Source of the DNA: Flavobacterium sp.
Lineage (GTDB): Bacteria > Bacteroidota > Bacteroidia > Flavobacteriales > Flavobacteriaceae
Assembly: GCF_023151265.1 (NCBI RefSeq)
Contig: NZ_JAKLJH010000008.1
Coordinates: forward strand, 1-57,323
DNA length: 57,323 bases
Reading direction: 5' to 3'
The notes under the pieces were generated by a model that had not been told where the DNA came from, made no database searches, and was given only the letters and a program-made list of their open reading frames with translations. The translations under genes were made by a program, and so were the position numbers. Positions 29,065-38,743 of this stretch are shown here, in pieces; the first letter of the stretch is position 1, and every line of letters starts with the position of its first letter.

Positions 29065-31319
29065 TAAAAAATGGTATATCGAATTCCTAAAAAACCTCTA
29101 ATTCCTTGATTGGGGGCATACACATAACTTGGGTCAAATGTTAAAGCATATGGATTAGTTGGTGTCGCTAAAACATTTCCGTTGGTGTCATATTCCACAT
29201 CTTCGTCAAAAGGATCGTTTGCTCTTGCTATTAAAAATGGAGCGCTTTTGTTTGGCGTCCAATTCAAAATATTTTTCACACCACCATAAAGTTCAAAACT
29301 ACGAAATTTTTTATAAGTAAACTGAATGTTTTGCAAACTCCAAATAGGAGAATACTCAGGTCTTGGATCTAAATCACCTAAAATGGGTAATCGCATCGGT
29401 CCGTATAAATTTCCAGTGTAATCGATGGATAAAAACCATTTTGGAATATCATACGTTATCGCCCAATTGGCGCTATATTTTTCCGTTAAAACAGGTGTTG
29501 AACTCACTCCGTTTTGCACATTTTTTGGTTCCATAATCGTAAAACCAAGAATTGCTTTCAATCCAAAAGGTGTCACTAAATCTATATTTCCGCTAATTCC
29601 TAAAGTTTGTGCATAACCATTTAAGTTGGAATAAATAATTTGGTTTGGATTGGTGTCGTAATCTGGAATAATTTGGTTATTAAAATAGGTATACCAAGCC
29701 GAAGCTTCAAATCCTAAAAAAGTACCGTTTTCAAATCTAATTTTTTTCAAATAATTAAAATTGACGTTGTAAGATGTTTCAGGCTTTAAGTCTTCGGTAA
29801 TTATCACTTCTCTTGAGCCAGTTAAAGCTGCGTGTTCTTCGGTAAAAAGATTTACGATTCGAAATCCAGTTCCCGCATTAATTCGGAACACATCATTTTC
29901 TGTTGGATTCCATTTGTAGGCAATTCTCGGAGTGAAAATATTACCATGATTGTTGTTGTAATCGTATCGAGCACCTAGTAAAATATGATGCTTCTCGGCT
30001 AATTTAATTTCATCTTGAAGAAAAACGCTATAGATTTTTGTTTGTTCTGCCGAAAGAGTTGCTGTTGTATTATCGTCATAATATTGATAACGAAAAGCCG
30101 CTCCCAATAACAAATTGTGATTTTCTAACTTTTTATCCCAAGTATATTGTCCAAAAGCAATTTTTTGATTCGCCAAGTAAATTGTATTTCCATACACTGA
30201 ATTTTGGTCGTGGGCGGTTACAGAAAACGACAAATACATGTCTTCTGTGGTTGGTAATTGGTATTTGCTCAAAAGTTCTACTCTTTTTGTATAAATGCTT
30301 TCGCCATACACTTCCGAACCACCGCGATACGATTTATTCCATTGCATTTCGCCTCCCCAACGGTCTTCGTAAAATAGTCTTCCTGCGATGGTGAATTCTT
30401 TATTGTTTTTTCGCTCGAAATTCCACTTATTGAAAATCGAAATGCGTTCTTGCAAGGTTACATCGGTGAAATTATCGTTGTTGTTGTCAATCGGTTGGTT
30501 ATAATTGTAATAATTGATGCCAACTAAGGTCATTGCTTTTTTTCCAACGGAACTTTTCCAACCTAAATCCACATTGTTTTCTAACCATGAAGTTGAAAAA
30601 ATATCGGCTGAAAATAAGGGAGCAGTTGTTGGCTTTTTGGTAATGATGTTGATTAACCCGCCAACCGCTTCACTTCCATATAAACTTGAAGCTGGACCTT
30701 TTACTACTTCAACTCTATCAATCAAAGAATTCGGAATTCCAGATAACCCATAAACCGTAGAAAGCGCACTCACAATAGGCATTCCATCAATTGTAACCAT
30801 CGTATACGGACCTTCTAATCCATTAATATGAATGTCACCTGTGTTGCAAATGTTGCAATTTAGTTGAGGTCGAACGCCATTAACATTTTGTAAGGCTTCA
30901 AAAATATTGGATGTTGGGTTTTTCTTTAAAAAGGCTGTCGTATACACTTCAACCGGAACAGGCGTTTCCATTCTTGAAACAGGTTTTAGAGTTCCAGAAA
31001 CCACCACATCATCTAAAACATTTGCATCTTCAATCAAGTTAAAATTCAGGATATAATTCGGTTCATTTAAAATAGTTGTTTTTTTTCTTTCGGGTTTAAA
31101 CCCAACATATGATGCAATAATTGTATAGGAACCATTAGGAATATTTGTAAATTCATAAACACCATTTTCATTGGTTTCAACTCCTTTTTTTAGTTCTTTT
31201 ATATAAATATTTGCATAAGCTAAAACCTCATTATTGGCGGTTATTTTTCCTTTTATGGTGTTTTGTGAAAAGGTAAAAATCGAAAAAAACAGAGTGGTAT
31301 AAATAAATATTTTAAACAT
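29064..31319 (-). CDS. TonB-dependent outer-membrane receptor (start likely ATG 31319)
   Basis: Signal peptide, CarboxypepD_reg-like domain, plug with CNICNTG and IDRVEVVKGPASSLYGSEAVGGLINIITK, C-terminal F. Confidence 0.95.
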   Translation of the reverse strand: MFKIFIYTTLFFSIFTFSQNTIKGKITANNEVLAYANIYIKELKKGVETNENGVYEFTNIPNGSYTIIASYVGFKPERKKTTILNEPNYILNFNLIEDANVLDDVVVSGTLKPVSRMETPVPVEVYTTAFLKKNPTSNIFEALQNVNGVRPQLNCNICNTGDIHINGLEGPYTMVTIDGMPIVSALSTVYGLSGIPNSLIDRVEVVKGPASSLYGSEAVGGLINIITKKPTTAPLFSADIFSTSWLENNVDLGWKSSVGKKAMTLVGINYYNYNQPIDNNNDNFTDVTLQERISIFNKWNFERKNNKEFTIAGRLFYEDRWGGEMQWNKSYRGGSEVYGESIYTKRVELLSKYQLPTTEDMYLSFSVTAHDQNSVYGNTIYLANQKIAFGQYTWDKKLENHNLLLGAAFRYQYYDDNTTATLSAEQTKIYSVFLQDEIKLAEKHHILLGARYDYNNNHGNIFTPRIAYKWNPTENDVFRINAGTGFRIVNLFTEEHAALTGSREVIITEDLKPETSYNVNFNYLKKIRFENGTFLGFEASAWYTYFNNQIIPDYDTNPNQIIYSNLNGYAQTLGISGNIDLVTPFGLKAILGFTIMEPKNVQNGVSSTPVLTEKYSANWAITYDIPKWFLSIDYTGNLYGPMRLPILGDLDPRPEYSPIWSLQNIQFTYKKFRSFELYGGVKNILNWTPNKSAPFLIARANDPFDEDVEYDTNGNVLATPTNPYALTFDPSYVYAPNQGIRGFLGIRYTIF

Positions 31320-31331
31320 TGTAAAATTAAA

Positions 31332-31347
31332 TTTAGACAAAACTAAA
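31332..31347. promoter_or_regulatory. Putative MntR/DtxR operator
   Basis: Perfect TTTAG-N6-CTAAA between the divergent receptor and repressor; partial second copy at 31357-31370. Confidence 0.65.
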
Positions 31348-31403
31348 AATAAAACATTTACAAAACTAAAAAAACTTTATATATTTGTCAAAATGAATTG
31401 TTT

Positions 31404-32051
31404 ATGACCATTTCGGAAGAAAATTATATAAAAGTTATTTATCATTTGTCGTTAGTGTCTCCAAAAGGCGTTAACACAAACGCTATAGCGGGAATGCTTG
31501 ATACCAAAGCGTCATCGGTTACCGATATGATGAAGAAACTTTCGGATAAAGATTTGGTAAGTTATCAGAAATATCAAGGAGTTACCTTAACCGAAAAAGG
31601 CTTGCATTCTGCAAAAATGATTGTAAGAAAACACCGTTTGTGGGAAGTTTTTCTAGTAGATAAATTAGGTTTTTCTTGGGATGAAGTACACGAAATTGCA
31701 GAAGAATTAGAACATATCAAATCCGAACAATTGATTAATAAATTGGATGCTTTTTTAGGTTTTCCAGCAGCTGATCCACACGGAGATCCAATTCCAGATG
31801 CGAAAGGTGTAATTAAGAAAATCGAAAAACAATTGTTATCCGAAGTTGAAATTAACGCTTCGTTTCATTGCGTAGGCGTGAAAGATTCTTCTACCGATTT
31901 TTTAAAATATTTAGATAAGCAAAAAATTGCATTAGGTTCGGTTGTAAAAGTAATCGACAAAGAAGATTTTGATGATACCTTAACCGTTGAAATCGATGGA
32001 AAACGCTTAACGATTTCCAATAAGATTGCTAATAATTTATACGTTCAATAA
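31404..32051 (+). CDS. DtxR/MntR-family metal-dependent repressor with FeoA-like C-terminal domain
   Basis: SEENYIK, ASSVTDM, RKHRLWEVFL, EELEH, DPHGDPIP; -7 box TATATTTG at 31380-31387. Confidence 0.95.
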   Translation: MTISEENYIKVIYHLSLVSPKGVNTNAIAGMLDTKASSVTDMMKKLSDKDLVSYQKYQGVTLTEKGLHSAKMIVRKHRLWEVFLVDKLGFSWDEVHEIAEELEHIKSEQLINKLDAFLGFPAADPHGDPIPDAKGVIKKIEKQLLSEVEINASFHCVGVKDSSTDFLKYLDKQKIALGSVVKVIDKEDFDDTLTVEIDGKRLTISNKIANNLYVQ

Positions 32052-32053
32052 GT

Positions 32054-32872
32054 ATGTTTGATTCAATTATCCATTTTTTTGAGAGTATTGACCCTATTTT
32101 GGCGGCATTTTTGGCTACAACATTTACGTGGGGTTTAACAGCATTTGGTGCTTCGTTTGTGTTCTTTTTTAAGACTATGAATCGAGTAGTGTTAGACGGA
32201 ATGCTAGGTTTTACAGGTGGCGTAATGGTTGCCGCTAGTTTTTGGAGCTTGCTAGCACCAGCTATCGAAATGAGTCATGGAGAAGGTTTTGTAAAAGTAA
32301 TTCCAGCAGCTGTTGGATTCGCTATGGGAGCTTTATTTATTTTCGGATTGGATAAAGTATTGCCACACATGCACATTAATTTCAAAGAAACTGAAGGGAT
32401 TAAATCGCCATGGCAACGCACTACTTTATTAGTTTTAGCTATTACGTTGCATAATATTCCAGAAGGATTAGCAGTTGGTGTTTTATTTGGTGGAGTTGCA
32501 GCTGGAATTCCAGAAGCTTCGATTGCAGGTGCCGTTACTTTAGCTATTGGAATTGGAATTCAAAATTTTCCTGAAGGAATTGCGGTTTCTATGCCGTTAC
32601 GAAGAATGGGAATGAGCAGAAGAAAAAGTTTTATGTACGGACAATCGTCGGCTTTAGTAGAACCTATTTTTGGAGTTTTAGGAGCCGTTGCGGTTACTTT
32701 TTTTACTCCAATATTACCTTATGCTTTAGCTTTTGCAGCTGGAGCGATGATTTTCGTGGTAGTAGAAGAAGTTATTCCCGAAACACAGCAAGATAAAAAT
32801 ACCGATATCGCAACTTTAGGTTTTATCGGTGGATTTATTGTGATGATGACTTTAGACGTGGCTTTGGGTTAA
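32054..32872 (+). CDS. ZIP-family metal transporter (ZupT/GufA)
   Basis: GGVMVAASFWSLL, ITLHNIPEGLAVG, IQNFPEG, AGAMIFVVVEEVIPE. Confidence 0.95.
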   Translation: MFDSIIHFFESIDPILAAFLATTFTWGLTAFGASFVFFFKTMNRVVLDGMLGFTGGVMVAASFWSLLAPAIEMSHGEGFVKVIPAAVGFAMGALFIFGLDKVLPHMHINFKETEGIKSPWQRTTLLVLAITLHNIPEGLAVGVLFGGVAAGIPEASIAGAVTLAIGIGIQNFPEGIAVSMPLRRMGMSRRKSFMYGQSSALVEPIFGVLGAVAVTFFTPILPYALAFAAGAMIFVVVEEVIPETQQDKNTDIATLGFIGGFIVMMTLDVALG

Positions 32873-32997
32873 TGACACGCACAATCATCACCACAAGGTT
32901 TTGATTTCTTTTTGCGTTTTTTCCAAAAGAATTTTTTTACCAAAAAACCTACGGCAATGGCAAGAGAAAGGTAAACTAAGATTTGTTGTATATCCAT
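32869..32997 (-). CDS. FeoB-associated Cys-rich small membrane protein (42 aa, absent from ORF track)
   Basis: Hand translation MDIQQILVYLSLAIAVGFLVKKFFWKKRKKKSKPCGDDCACH: one TM helix, basic run, CxxxCxCH tail, at the end of the feo run. Confidence 0.85.
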   Translation of the reverse strand: MDIQQILVYLSLAIAVGFLVKKFFWKKRKKKSKPCGDDCACH

Positions 32998-33000
32998 ATT

Positions 33001-33834
33001 TTAAAAAAATATTCCAGTTCCTAAAGTTACAAAATTATAGCTAGGTGAAGCAATTTTTAAGTGTTCATATCCTAATGAGAAAAAATAATTCTTTTTATGA
33101 TATTTACCTCTAAGTTCGAATGATTTTACGGGTAATCCATTTATTTTACTCCAAATCATAGCACTATTAAAACTTATGTTTTTTATTGCAAAAACATCGG
33201 TATGTAAACCATAAGAAAAGCCAGCTTTTTGAACATCATTTCCAACATAGGTTGCGCCAAGTGTCCAGCCTAAATTGAATTTTTTAAATCGAATTCTATC
33301 GTAAGCCACGTTAAATTGAAATAATGATAGGTTTGAAAAACGATTTGTTAGCATGTTTTTTTCCAATAGTTCACGATAATCGGCTTGCACATAAAAATAT
33401 TGAAATGGTCTAAATTTTGCTTTTAAATGATTTCCGAATGAATTATTATTGCTATATAAAAAATGGTTTTCAACATCAAATCGCATTACATTTTCATATT
33501 CAATACTGTCATTTTCTTTTTGAAAATTCCCTGATTCGCCATCGAAATAAGGATATTTAGAAAGCGAATTATACAAATGATTTTCACTTCTGTAATCGCC
33601 AATGGTAGAATAAAAACTCACATATAAAAATCCTTCAACAAGTAATCCTGCTAATCCAAAGTCATTTGAAGAAGAACTTCTGGAAGAACCTGAACTCGAG
33701 GAATTGCTACTTGAACTCGAAGAACTCGAAGATTTTCCAGATTTTAATTCACTTTTAGACTTGTCGATTTTCTGAGAAAATGAACTATTTAAAGTTAAAA
33801 TAGTAAACAGTACAAATAATGTTTTTTTCATCAA
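33001..33834 (-). CDS. Hypothetical exported protein with Ser-rich linker and probable beta-barrel
   Basis: Signal peptide, poly-Ser tract, alternating aromatic strands, C-terminal GIFF. Confidence 0.7.
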   Translation of the reverse strand: MMKKTLFVLFTILTLNSSFSQKIDKSKSELKSGKSSSSSSSSSNSSSSGSSRSSSSNDFGLAGLLVEGFLYVSFYSTIGDYRSENHLYNSLSKYPYFDGESGNFQKENDSIEYENVMRFDVENHFLYSNNNSFGNHLKAKFRPFQYFYVQADYRELLEKNMLTNRFSNLSLFQFNVAYDRIRFKKFNLGWTLGATYVGNDVQKAGFSYGLHTDVFAIKNISFNSAMIWSKINGLPVKSFELRGKYHKKNYFFSLGYEHLKIASPSYNFVTLGTGIFF

Positions 33835-33868
33835 TCTTGTTTTTTGAAGACAATCAAAAAGTATGCCT

Positions 33869-35971
33869 TTATTTCAAGAATTGATAGGCAATCAAAGAAG
33901 TAATATAAGCAAATCCACTCATGAAAACCAATTGAATTATTGGCCATTTCCATGAATTGGTTTCTTTTTTAACAATAGCTAAAGTAGAAATACATTGCAT
34001 CGCGAAAGCATAAAATAACAACAATGAAATTCCAGTAGCAAAATTGAATATTTTTTCACCAGTTATGGGATGAACTTCTGCAGCCATTTTGTTTTTAATG
34101 GTAGTTTCTTCTTCACTATGACTTCCTACACTGTAAATCGTAGCCAATGTTCCTACGAAAACTTCGCGAGCAGCAAACGAACTCACTACAGCAATTCCAA
34201 TTTTCCAATCGTAACCTAAAGGTCGAATAGCTGGTTCAATGGCTTTTCCCATATAACCGATGTATGAATTTTCTAATTTGAACGAATTCACTTGATCTTC
34301 AAATTCTTCAGAAGTAATGGTTTTGTTTTTATTTTGTTCGGTTATGATTTTTTCAGCGTTGTTGAAATCATCACTTAATCCGTGCGAACCTAAAAACCAT
34401 AAAATAACAGATAGGGCTAAAATGATTTTTCCAGCACCAAAAACAAAGGCTTTAGTTTTTTCTAAAACGTTAATTCCAACATTTTTAAACATCGGAATTT
34501 TATAACTTGGCATTTCAACTACGAAATATGATTTGCAGTTTAATTTCAAATATTTGTTTAGTAGATAAGCTGAAAAAACAGCCATTCCAAATCCTAATAA
34601 ATACAATCCCATTAAGGTTAAACCTTGTAAACTTAAAAATCCGAAGATTCTTTTTTCGGGAATAATTAAGGAAATTAGTATCGCATAAACCGGTAATCTT
34701 GCCGAACAAGTAGTGAATGGTGTAACTAAAATCGTAATCAATCGTTCTTTCCAATTTTCAATATTTCTTGCACTCATTATCGCCGGAATCGCACAAGCCG
34801 TTCCTGAAATCAAAGGCACAATACTTTTTCCAGACAACCCAAATTTTCGCATGATTTTATCCATCAAAAATACCACGCGACTCATGTAACCACTTTCTTC
34901 TAAGACGGAAATGAACAAGAATAAAAAGGCAATTTGCGGAATGAAAATCACAATTCCACCAATTCCTGGAATCAATCCTTCGCTTATTAAATTGGTAAAT
35001 TCTCCTGCTGGAAGATGTTGTTTGGCAAGCGAACTCAAATTAGCAAACGTTTCATCAATAAAATCCATTGGAATACTACTCCAATCAAATAAAAATTGGA
35101 AAATCAACATTAAAATTCCGAAGAAAATCACGTAACCAAAAATTTTATGTGTTAGAATTCGGTCGATTTTTGCACGAATATCTGTTGCTTTTGAAACGTC
35201 TATTTTTTGACCTAATTTTAGCGTGTCATTGATAAATTGATAACGCTTTATAGTTTCTTTTTGTTGTAGTTTCTTTAAATCGGAATGCGATTTGGTAAAC
35301 GAGCTTTTGATTTCGTTTCGGTCAAGATTTAAGAAATTGACATCCTGAGTAATCACCAACCAAAGTTTGTACAACAGCTGATTTGGAAACGCTCTTCTTA
35401 AATTGTTGAAATATTCCGGATCAATAGAAGACGCATTCAAACACGGTTCAGTTGAAAGGTTTTCGTAATTGAGAATTAGGTTTTTTAGGTTGTCAATTCC
35501 AGTTTTTTTTCGCGAACTCACAAGAGCAATCCTTGTTTTTAGTTCTTTTTCTAAAATAGGAATATCTAACTCAATTCCTTTTAATTCCATTCTGTCGGCC
35601 ATGTTGATGACTAAAATGGTTGGAATTTCTAAATCTTTAATTTGGGTAAAAAGGAGTAAATTTCGTTTTAAGTTTTCCACTTCGGTCACCACAACGGCTA
35701 CATCTGGAAAATCTTCGTCATTCTTATTTAATAATAATTCAATCACCACATTTTCATCAATCGAACTCGCATTTAAGCTGTAAGTTCCGGGTAAATCGAT
35801 GATTTTTGCTTTTGTGGTTTCGTTTAATTTACAAACGCCTTGTTTTTTTTCAACGGTAATTCCTGGGTAATTTCCCACTTGTTGATTTAATCCTGTTAAT
35901 TCATTAAAAACCGATGTTTTGCCCACATTTGGGTTTCCAATTAAAGCAACTTTGATAGGATTTTTACTCAT
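33869..35971 (-). CDS. feoB: Ferrous iron transporter B
   Basis: GNPNVGKT, VGNYPGITVE, DLPGTYSL, NMAD, LEESGYMSR, CSARLPVY, AAREVFV. Confidence 0.98.
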   Translation of the reverse strand: MSKNPIKVALIGNPNVGKTSVFNELTGLNQQVGNYPGITVEKKQGVCKLNETTKAKIIDLPGTYSLNASSIDENVVIELLLNKNDEDFPDVAVVVTEVENLKRNLLLFTQIKDLEIPTILVINMADRMELKGIELDIPILEKELKTRIALVSSRKKTGIDNLKNLILNYENLSTEPCLNASSIDPEYFNNLRRAFPNQLLYKLWLVITQDVNFLNLDRNEIKSSFTKSHSDLKKLQQKETIKRYQFINDTLKLGQKIDVSKATDIRAKIDRILTHKIFGYVIFFGILMLIFQFLFDWSSIPMDFIDETFANLSSLAKQHLPAGEFTNLISEGLIPGIGGIVIFIPQIAFLFLFISVLEESGYMSRVVFLMDKIMRKFGLSGKSIVPLISGTACAIPAIMSARNIENWKERLITILVTPFTTCSARLPVYAILISLIIPEKRIFGFLSLQGLTLMGLYLLGFGMAVFSAYLLNKYLKLNCKSYFVVEMPSYKIPMFKNVGINVLEKTKAFVFGAGKIILALSVILWFLGSHGLSDDFNNAEKIITEQNKNKTITSEEFEDQVNSFKLENSYIGYMGKAIEPAIRPLGYDWKIGIAVVSSFAAREVFVGTLATIYSVGSHSEEETTIKNKMAAEVHPITGEKIFNFATGISLLLFYAFAMQCISTLAIVKKETNSWKWPIIQLVFMSGFAYITSLIAYQFLK

Positions 35972-35976
35972 GAGAA

Positions 35977-36204
35977 TTACAATTTGGTAACCGTGATTTC
36001 TTTAGCCGTTTCTAATCGAATGGCTACATGCGAATCATTTACGTTAAAATACAAAGGATCGCCCAAAGGCGCAATTTGAATTAAAGTAATGGAATTTCCA
36101 GGCAAACATCCCATTTCTAAAAGTTTTAGTGGGATTTCATCTAGATTGATGGAGGTTATTTCGGCAACTTCTCCAATTTTAAGTTCAGAAGAACAAATTT
36201 CCAT
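35977..36204 (-). CDS. feoA: Ferrous iron transport protein A
   Basis: KLLEMGCLPG, APLGDPL, AIRLETA; directly upstream of feoB. Confidence 0.95.
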   Translation of the reverse strand: MEICSSELKIGEVAEITSINLDEIPLKLLEMGCLPGNSITLIQIAPLGDPLYFNVNDSHVAIRLETAKEITVTKL

Positions 36205-36210
36205 TTCCTT

Positions 36211-36272
36211 ATTTAGATTGAATTAAAATACAAAAGTAAAAATTATAATCGGACTAAAACTGATAATTGTCA
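36211..36272 (-). promoter_or_regulatory. feoAB promoter: Fur-like box, -7 box and TGA-N6-TCA site
   Basis: ATTTAGATTGAATTAAAAT (36211-36229), TACTTTTG on minus (36231-36238), TGATAATTGTCA (36261-36272). Confidence 0.55.
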
Positions 36273-36301
36273 ACTTTAGCAAATTATTTATGAAAATTAA
36301 C

Positions 36302-36997
36302 TTATTGGTTTTCGCTAAGCCACAAAATATCTTCTAAAAGTTGTTTCATGTTTTTTGTTTTTGGATCATCGGTAGGCTTATCTAAATTAGTGCCATCATA
36401 AAAACCACGAATGCGTTTGTTTTTATCTACCAAGATGAAATTTTCAGTATGAACCATATCATACATTTCTTCTGGCTTTCCTGTTTTTACAGCTAAATAG
36501 GATTTTCTGGCTAGATAATAAATATCCTTTTTATCTCCGGTAACTAAATTCCAACGCGAATCATCAACACCTTTTTCTTGAGCATATTTTTTTAAAACTT
36601 CAGGCGTATCGATATCAGGTGTAACTGAAAAAGACAACAATTTTACTTCTGGGTTATTCTTCAATTGATTTTGTAACCAAACCATGTTATCGGTCATTTT
36701 TGGGCAAATTGTTGGACAAGTTGTAAAAAAGAAATCGGCTACATAAATGGTATTTTCATAGTCTTTTTGGGAAATGATTTTCCCATTTTGATTGGTAAAA
36801 GCAAACTCAGCAATTTTATGATCGTTGCCAATATGTTGCACTGTAGAATCTACTAATTCTGGATTGATATCTCTTGGAGAATAAATGGGAAGCATTTTTT
36901 CTGGAGAAAGTAAGTTATAAATTCCAAAATATATAAGGATAGAAAGTACTCCAAAAATGATTAAAAACTTTTTATAAGGGGCAATAATATCGAACAT
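36302..36997 (-). CDS. SCO family copper chaperone (start likely ATG 36997)
   Basis: DFFFTTCPTICP (CxxxC), VHTENFILVD. Confidence 0.93.
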   Translation of the reverse strand: MFDIIAPYKKFLIIFGVLSILIYFGIYNLLSPEKMLPIYSPRDINPELVDSTVQHIGNDHKIAEFAFTNQNGKIISQKDYENTIYVADFFFTTCPTICPKMTDNMVWLQNQLKNNPEVKLLSFSVTPDIDTPEVLKKYAQEKGVDDSRWNLVTGDKKDIYYLARKSYLAVKTGKPEEMYDMVHTENFILVDKNKRIRGFYDGTNLDKPTDDPKTKNMKQLLEDILWLSENQ

Positions 36998-37117
36998 AAT
37001 TTTTTTGCAAAAATAATCATAAATCAAATGAGTTTTGTTAAAACACGAATAGACATTTGTTAAAATTCTAATTTGTTGATTATGTTCATTATATTTGTGA
37101 AATTGTAATTAGAGGCG

Positions 37118-38740
37118 ATGCGATGTATGATTAAAAATTACCTTTTCTCTATTTTTTTATTTTTTACTATTCATCTCGCCAAGAGTCAGAATAGTTTAGT
37201 TATTAATTTAGAAGGGGAAAAGAAAGAAGTTGTTGATTATATTAATGCCAAAGGATTTACTACAAAGCCATTCTACGACATCTCTGAAGATAACTTTCTT
37301 TCATTAGAACGAGATGCAATTAAAATTTCAGGAACCAATTCGAGTGTAAAAAGGTTAAAAAACTATTTTATAGTTTCAAATTTTAATCAAGAGTTATTAG
37401 CTTTTTTAAGTTCTAGAAAAGTTCCGTATTCATTTACAGAAAACAGAATAATTCCTCCTCCTGGAGATATTTTACCTGTTACACCTAGTTATGTTTCACA
37501 ACAAACTTATTTACAAGCAAATCCCGGATTAAACGCTGAAGCAGTATGGAATTTAGGTTATTCAGGTCAAAATGTTACCATTCATAACATTGAGTATGGG
37601 TTTAATAAAAACCATGAAGAGTTTAATGATGCTAATTGCAATATAGCGCTAGGAATGGATGTAAACACGAGTGCTTCAATTAGTTATACAGAGCACGGAA
37701 CAGCTACAATGGGAGTTTTATTTGGTAATAATGGTTCTTATGGAATTACTGGAATTGCTCATGGAGCACAACAAGTTTGGTTATATCCAGAATGGCAGCA
37801 GAGCGGTTATAGTAGAACAAATGCAATAACTCAAGCTTTAAATAATTCGGTAATTGGAGATGTAATTGTTTTTGAAATGCAAGCTTACGGATTTAACGGT
37901 ACAGTCTCAGACCCTCGTTTTGTTCCAGCTGAGTATGATATTTTGGTTTGGAACTTAACAAAAGCACTAACAGACGCAGGAAGAATTGTTGTAGCTGCTG
38001 CTGGAAATGGTTTTCAAAATCTGAATAGTTTAGACTATCAAAATTATTTGAATTATGGCGATAGTGGTGCCATCATCGTTGGTGCAGGAACAGCTAATTT
38101 AAGTCATAGTATTTATTCATATGTTTCAGGTGGAATAACTTATGGAAGCACATACGGAGCAAGAGTTGATGTACAAGGATGGTTTTTAAATGTAAGAACT
38201 ACAGGGGCAATTCCAGGTTATGGAGCTCTTTTGTTTAATAACGATTTCAATCAGTCTTATATGTCTTTTATTGGTACAAGTGCAGCAACAGCTCAAATAG
38301 GAGGCGTTGTTAGCGTTTTACAATCTTACTATAAAAGTCAAACAAATAATACTTTAACATCTCAACAAATGAGAACCATTCTCAAAAGCACTGGAGTTGC
38401 TCAAGGAGGAGATTTAACTAAAAATATTGGTCCAATTCCAAATATGTTAGCTGCTTTAAATCACATAGAACAAAATTTAAGTAGTGAATCTTTTGAAGAA
38501 AATAACATTGTGGTTTACCCAAATCCTTCAAAAGAAATTTTTAACTTGGTCACAGGTAAAAATGAAATTTCAGAAATTAAAGTGTATGATGTTTTAGGTA
38601 AGGTAGTTTGGTCTAAAAAAGATTTTGAAGTTTCAAATTCTGAAATACAACTTAATTTGTCTTCTGTTTCATCAGGAGTATATTTTCTTCGAATAACATC
38701 GCATAATAAATCAGTAGTAAGACGTATAATAAAAGAGTAA
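37118..38740 (+). CDS. S8 subtilase with T9SS type-A C-terminal domain
   Basis: HGTATMG, AAAGNG, GTSAA; CTD VYPNPS...VYDVLGK...GVYFLRI...RIIKE. Confidence 0.9.
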   Translation: MRCMIKNYLFSIFLFFTIHLAKSQNSLVINLEGEKKEVVDYINAKGFTTKPFYDISEDNFLSLERDAIKISGTNSSVKRLKNYFIVSNFNQELLAFLSSRKVPYSFTENRIIPPPGDILPVTPSYVSQQTYLQANPGLNAEAVWNLGYSGQNVTIHNIEYGFNKNHEEFNDANCNIALGMDVNTSASISYTEHGTATMGVLFGNNGSYGITGIAHGAQQVWLYPEWQQSGYSRTNAITQALNNSVIGDVIVFEMQAYGFNGTVSDPRFVPAEYDILVWNLTKALTDAGRIVVAAAGNGFQNLNSLDYQNYLNYGDSGAIIVGAGTANLSHSIYSYVSGGITYGSTYGARVDVQGWFLNVRTTGAIPGYGALLFNNDFNQSYMSFIGTSAATAQIGGVVSVLQSYYKSQTNNTLTSQQMRTILKSTGVAQGGDLTKNIGPIPNMLAALNHIEQNLSSESFEENNIVVYPNPSKEIFNLVTGKNEISEIKVYDVLGKVVWSKKDFEVSNSEIQLNLSSVSSGVYFLRITSHNKSVVRRIIKE

Positions 38741-38743
38741 TTT

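Noticed and set aside
33665-33740. gaactcga/gaagaa repeats as a DNA repeat element
   Set aside because: They simply encode the poly-Ser linker of the 277-aa protein.
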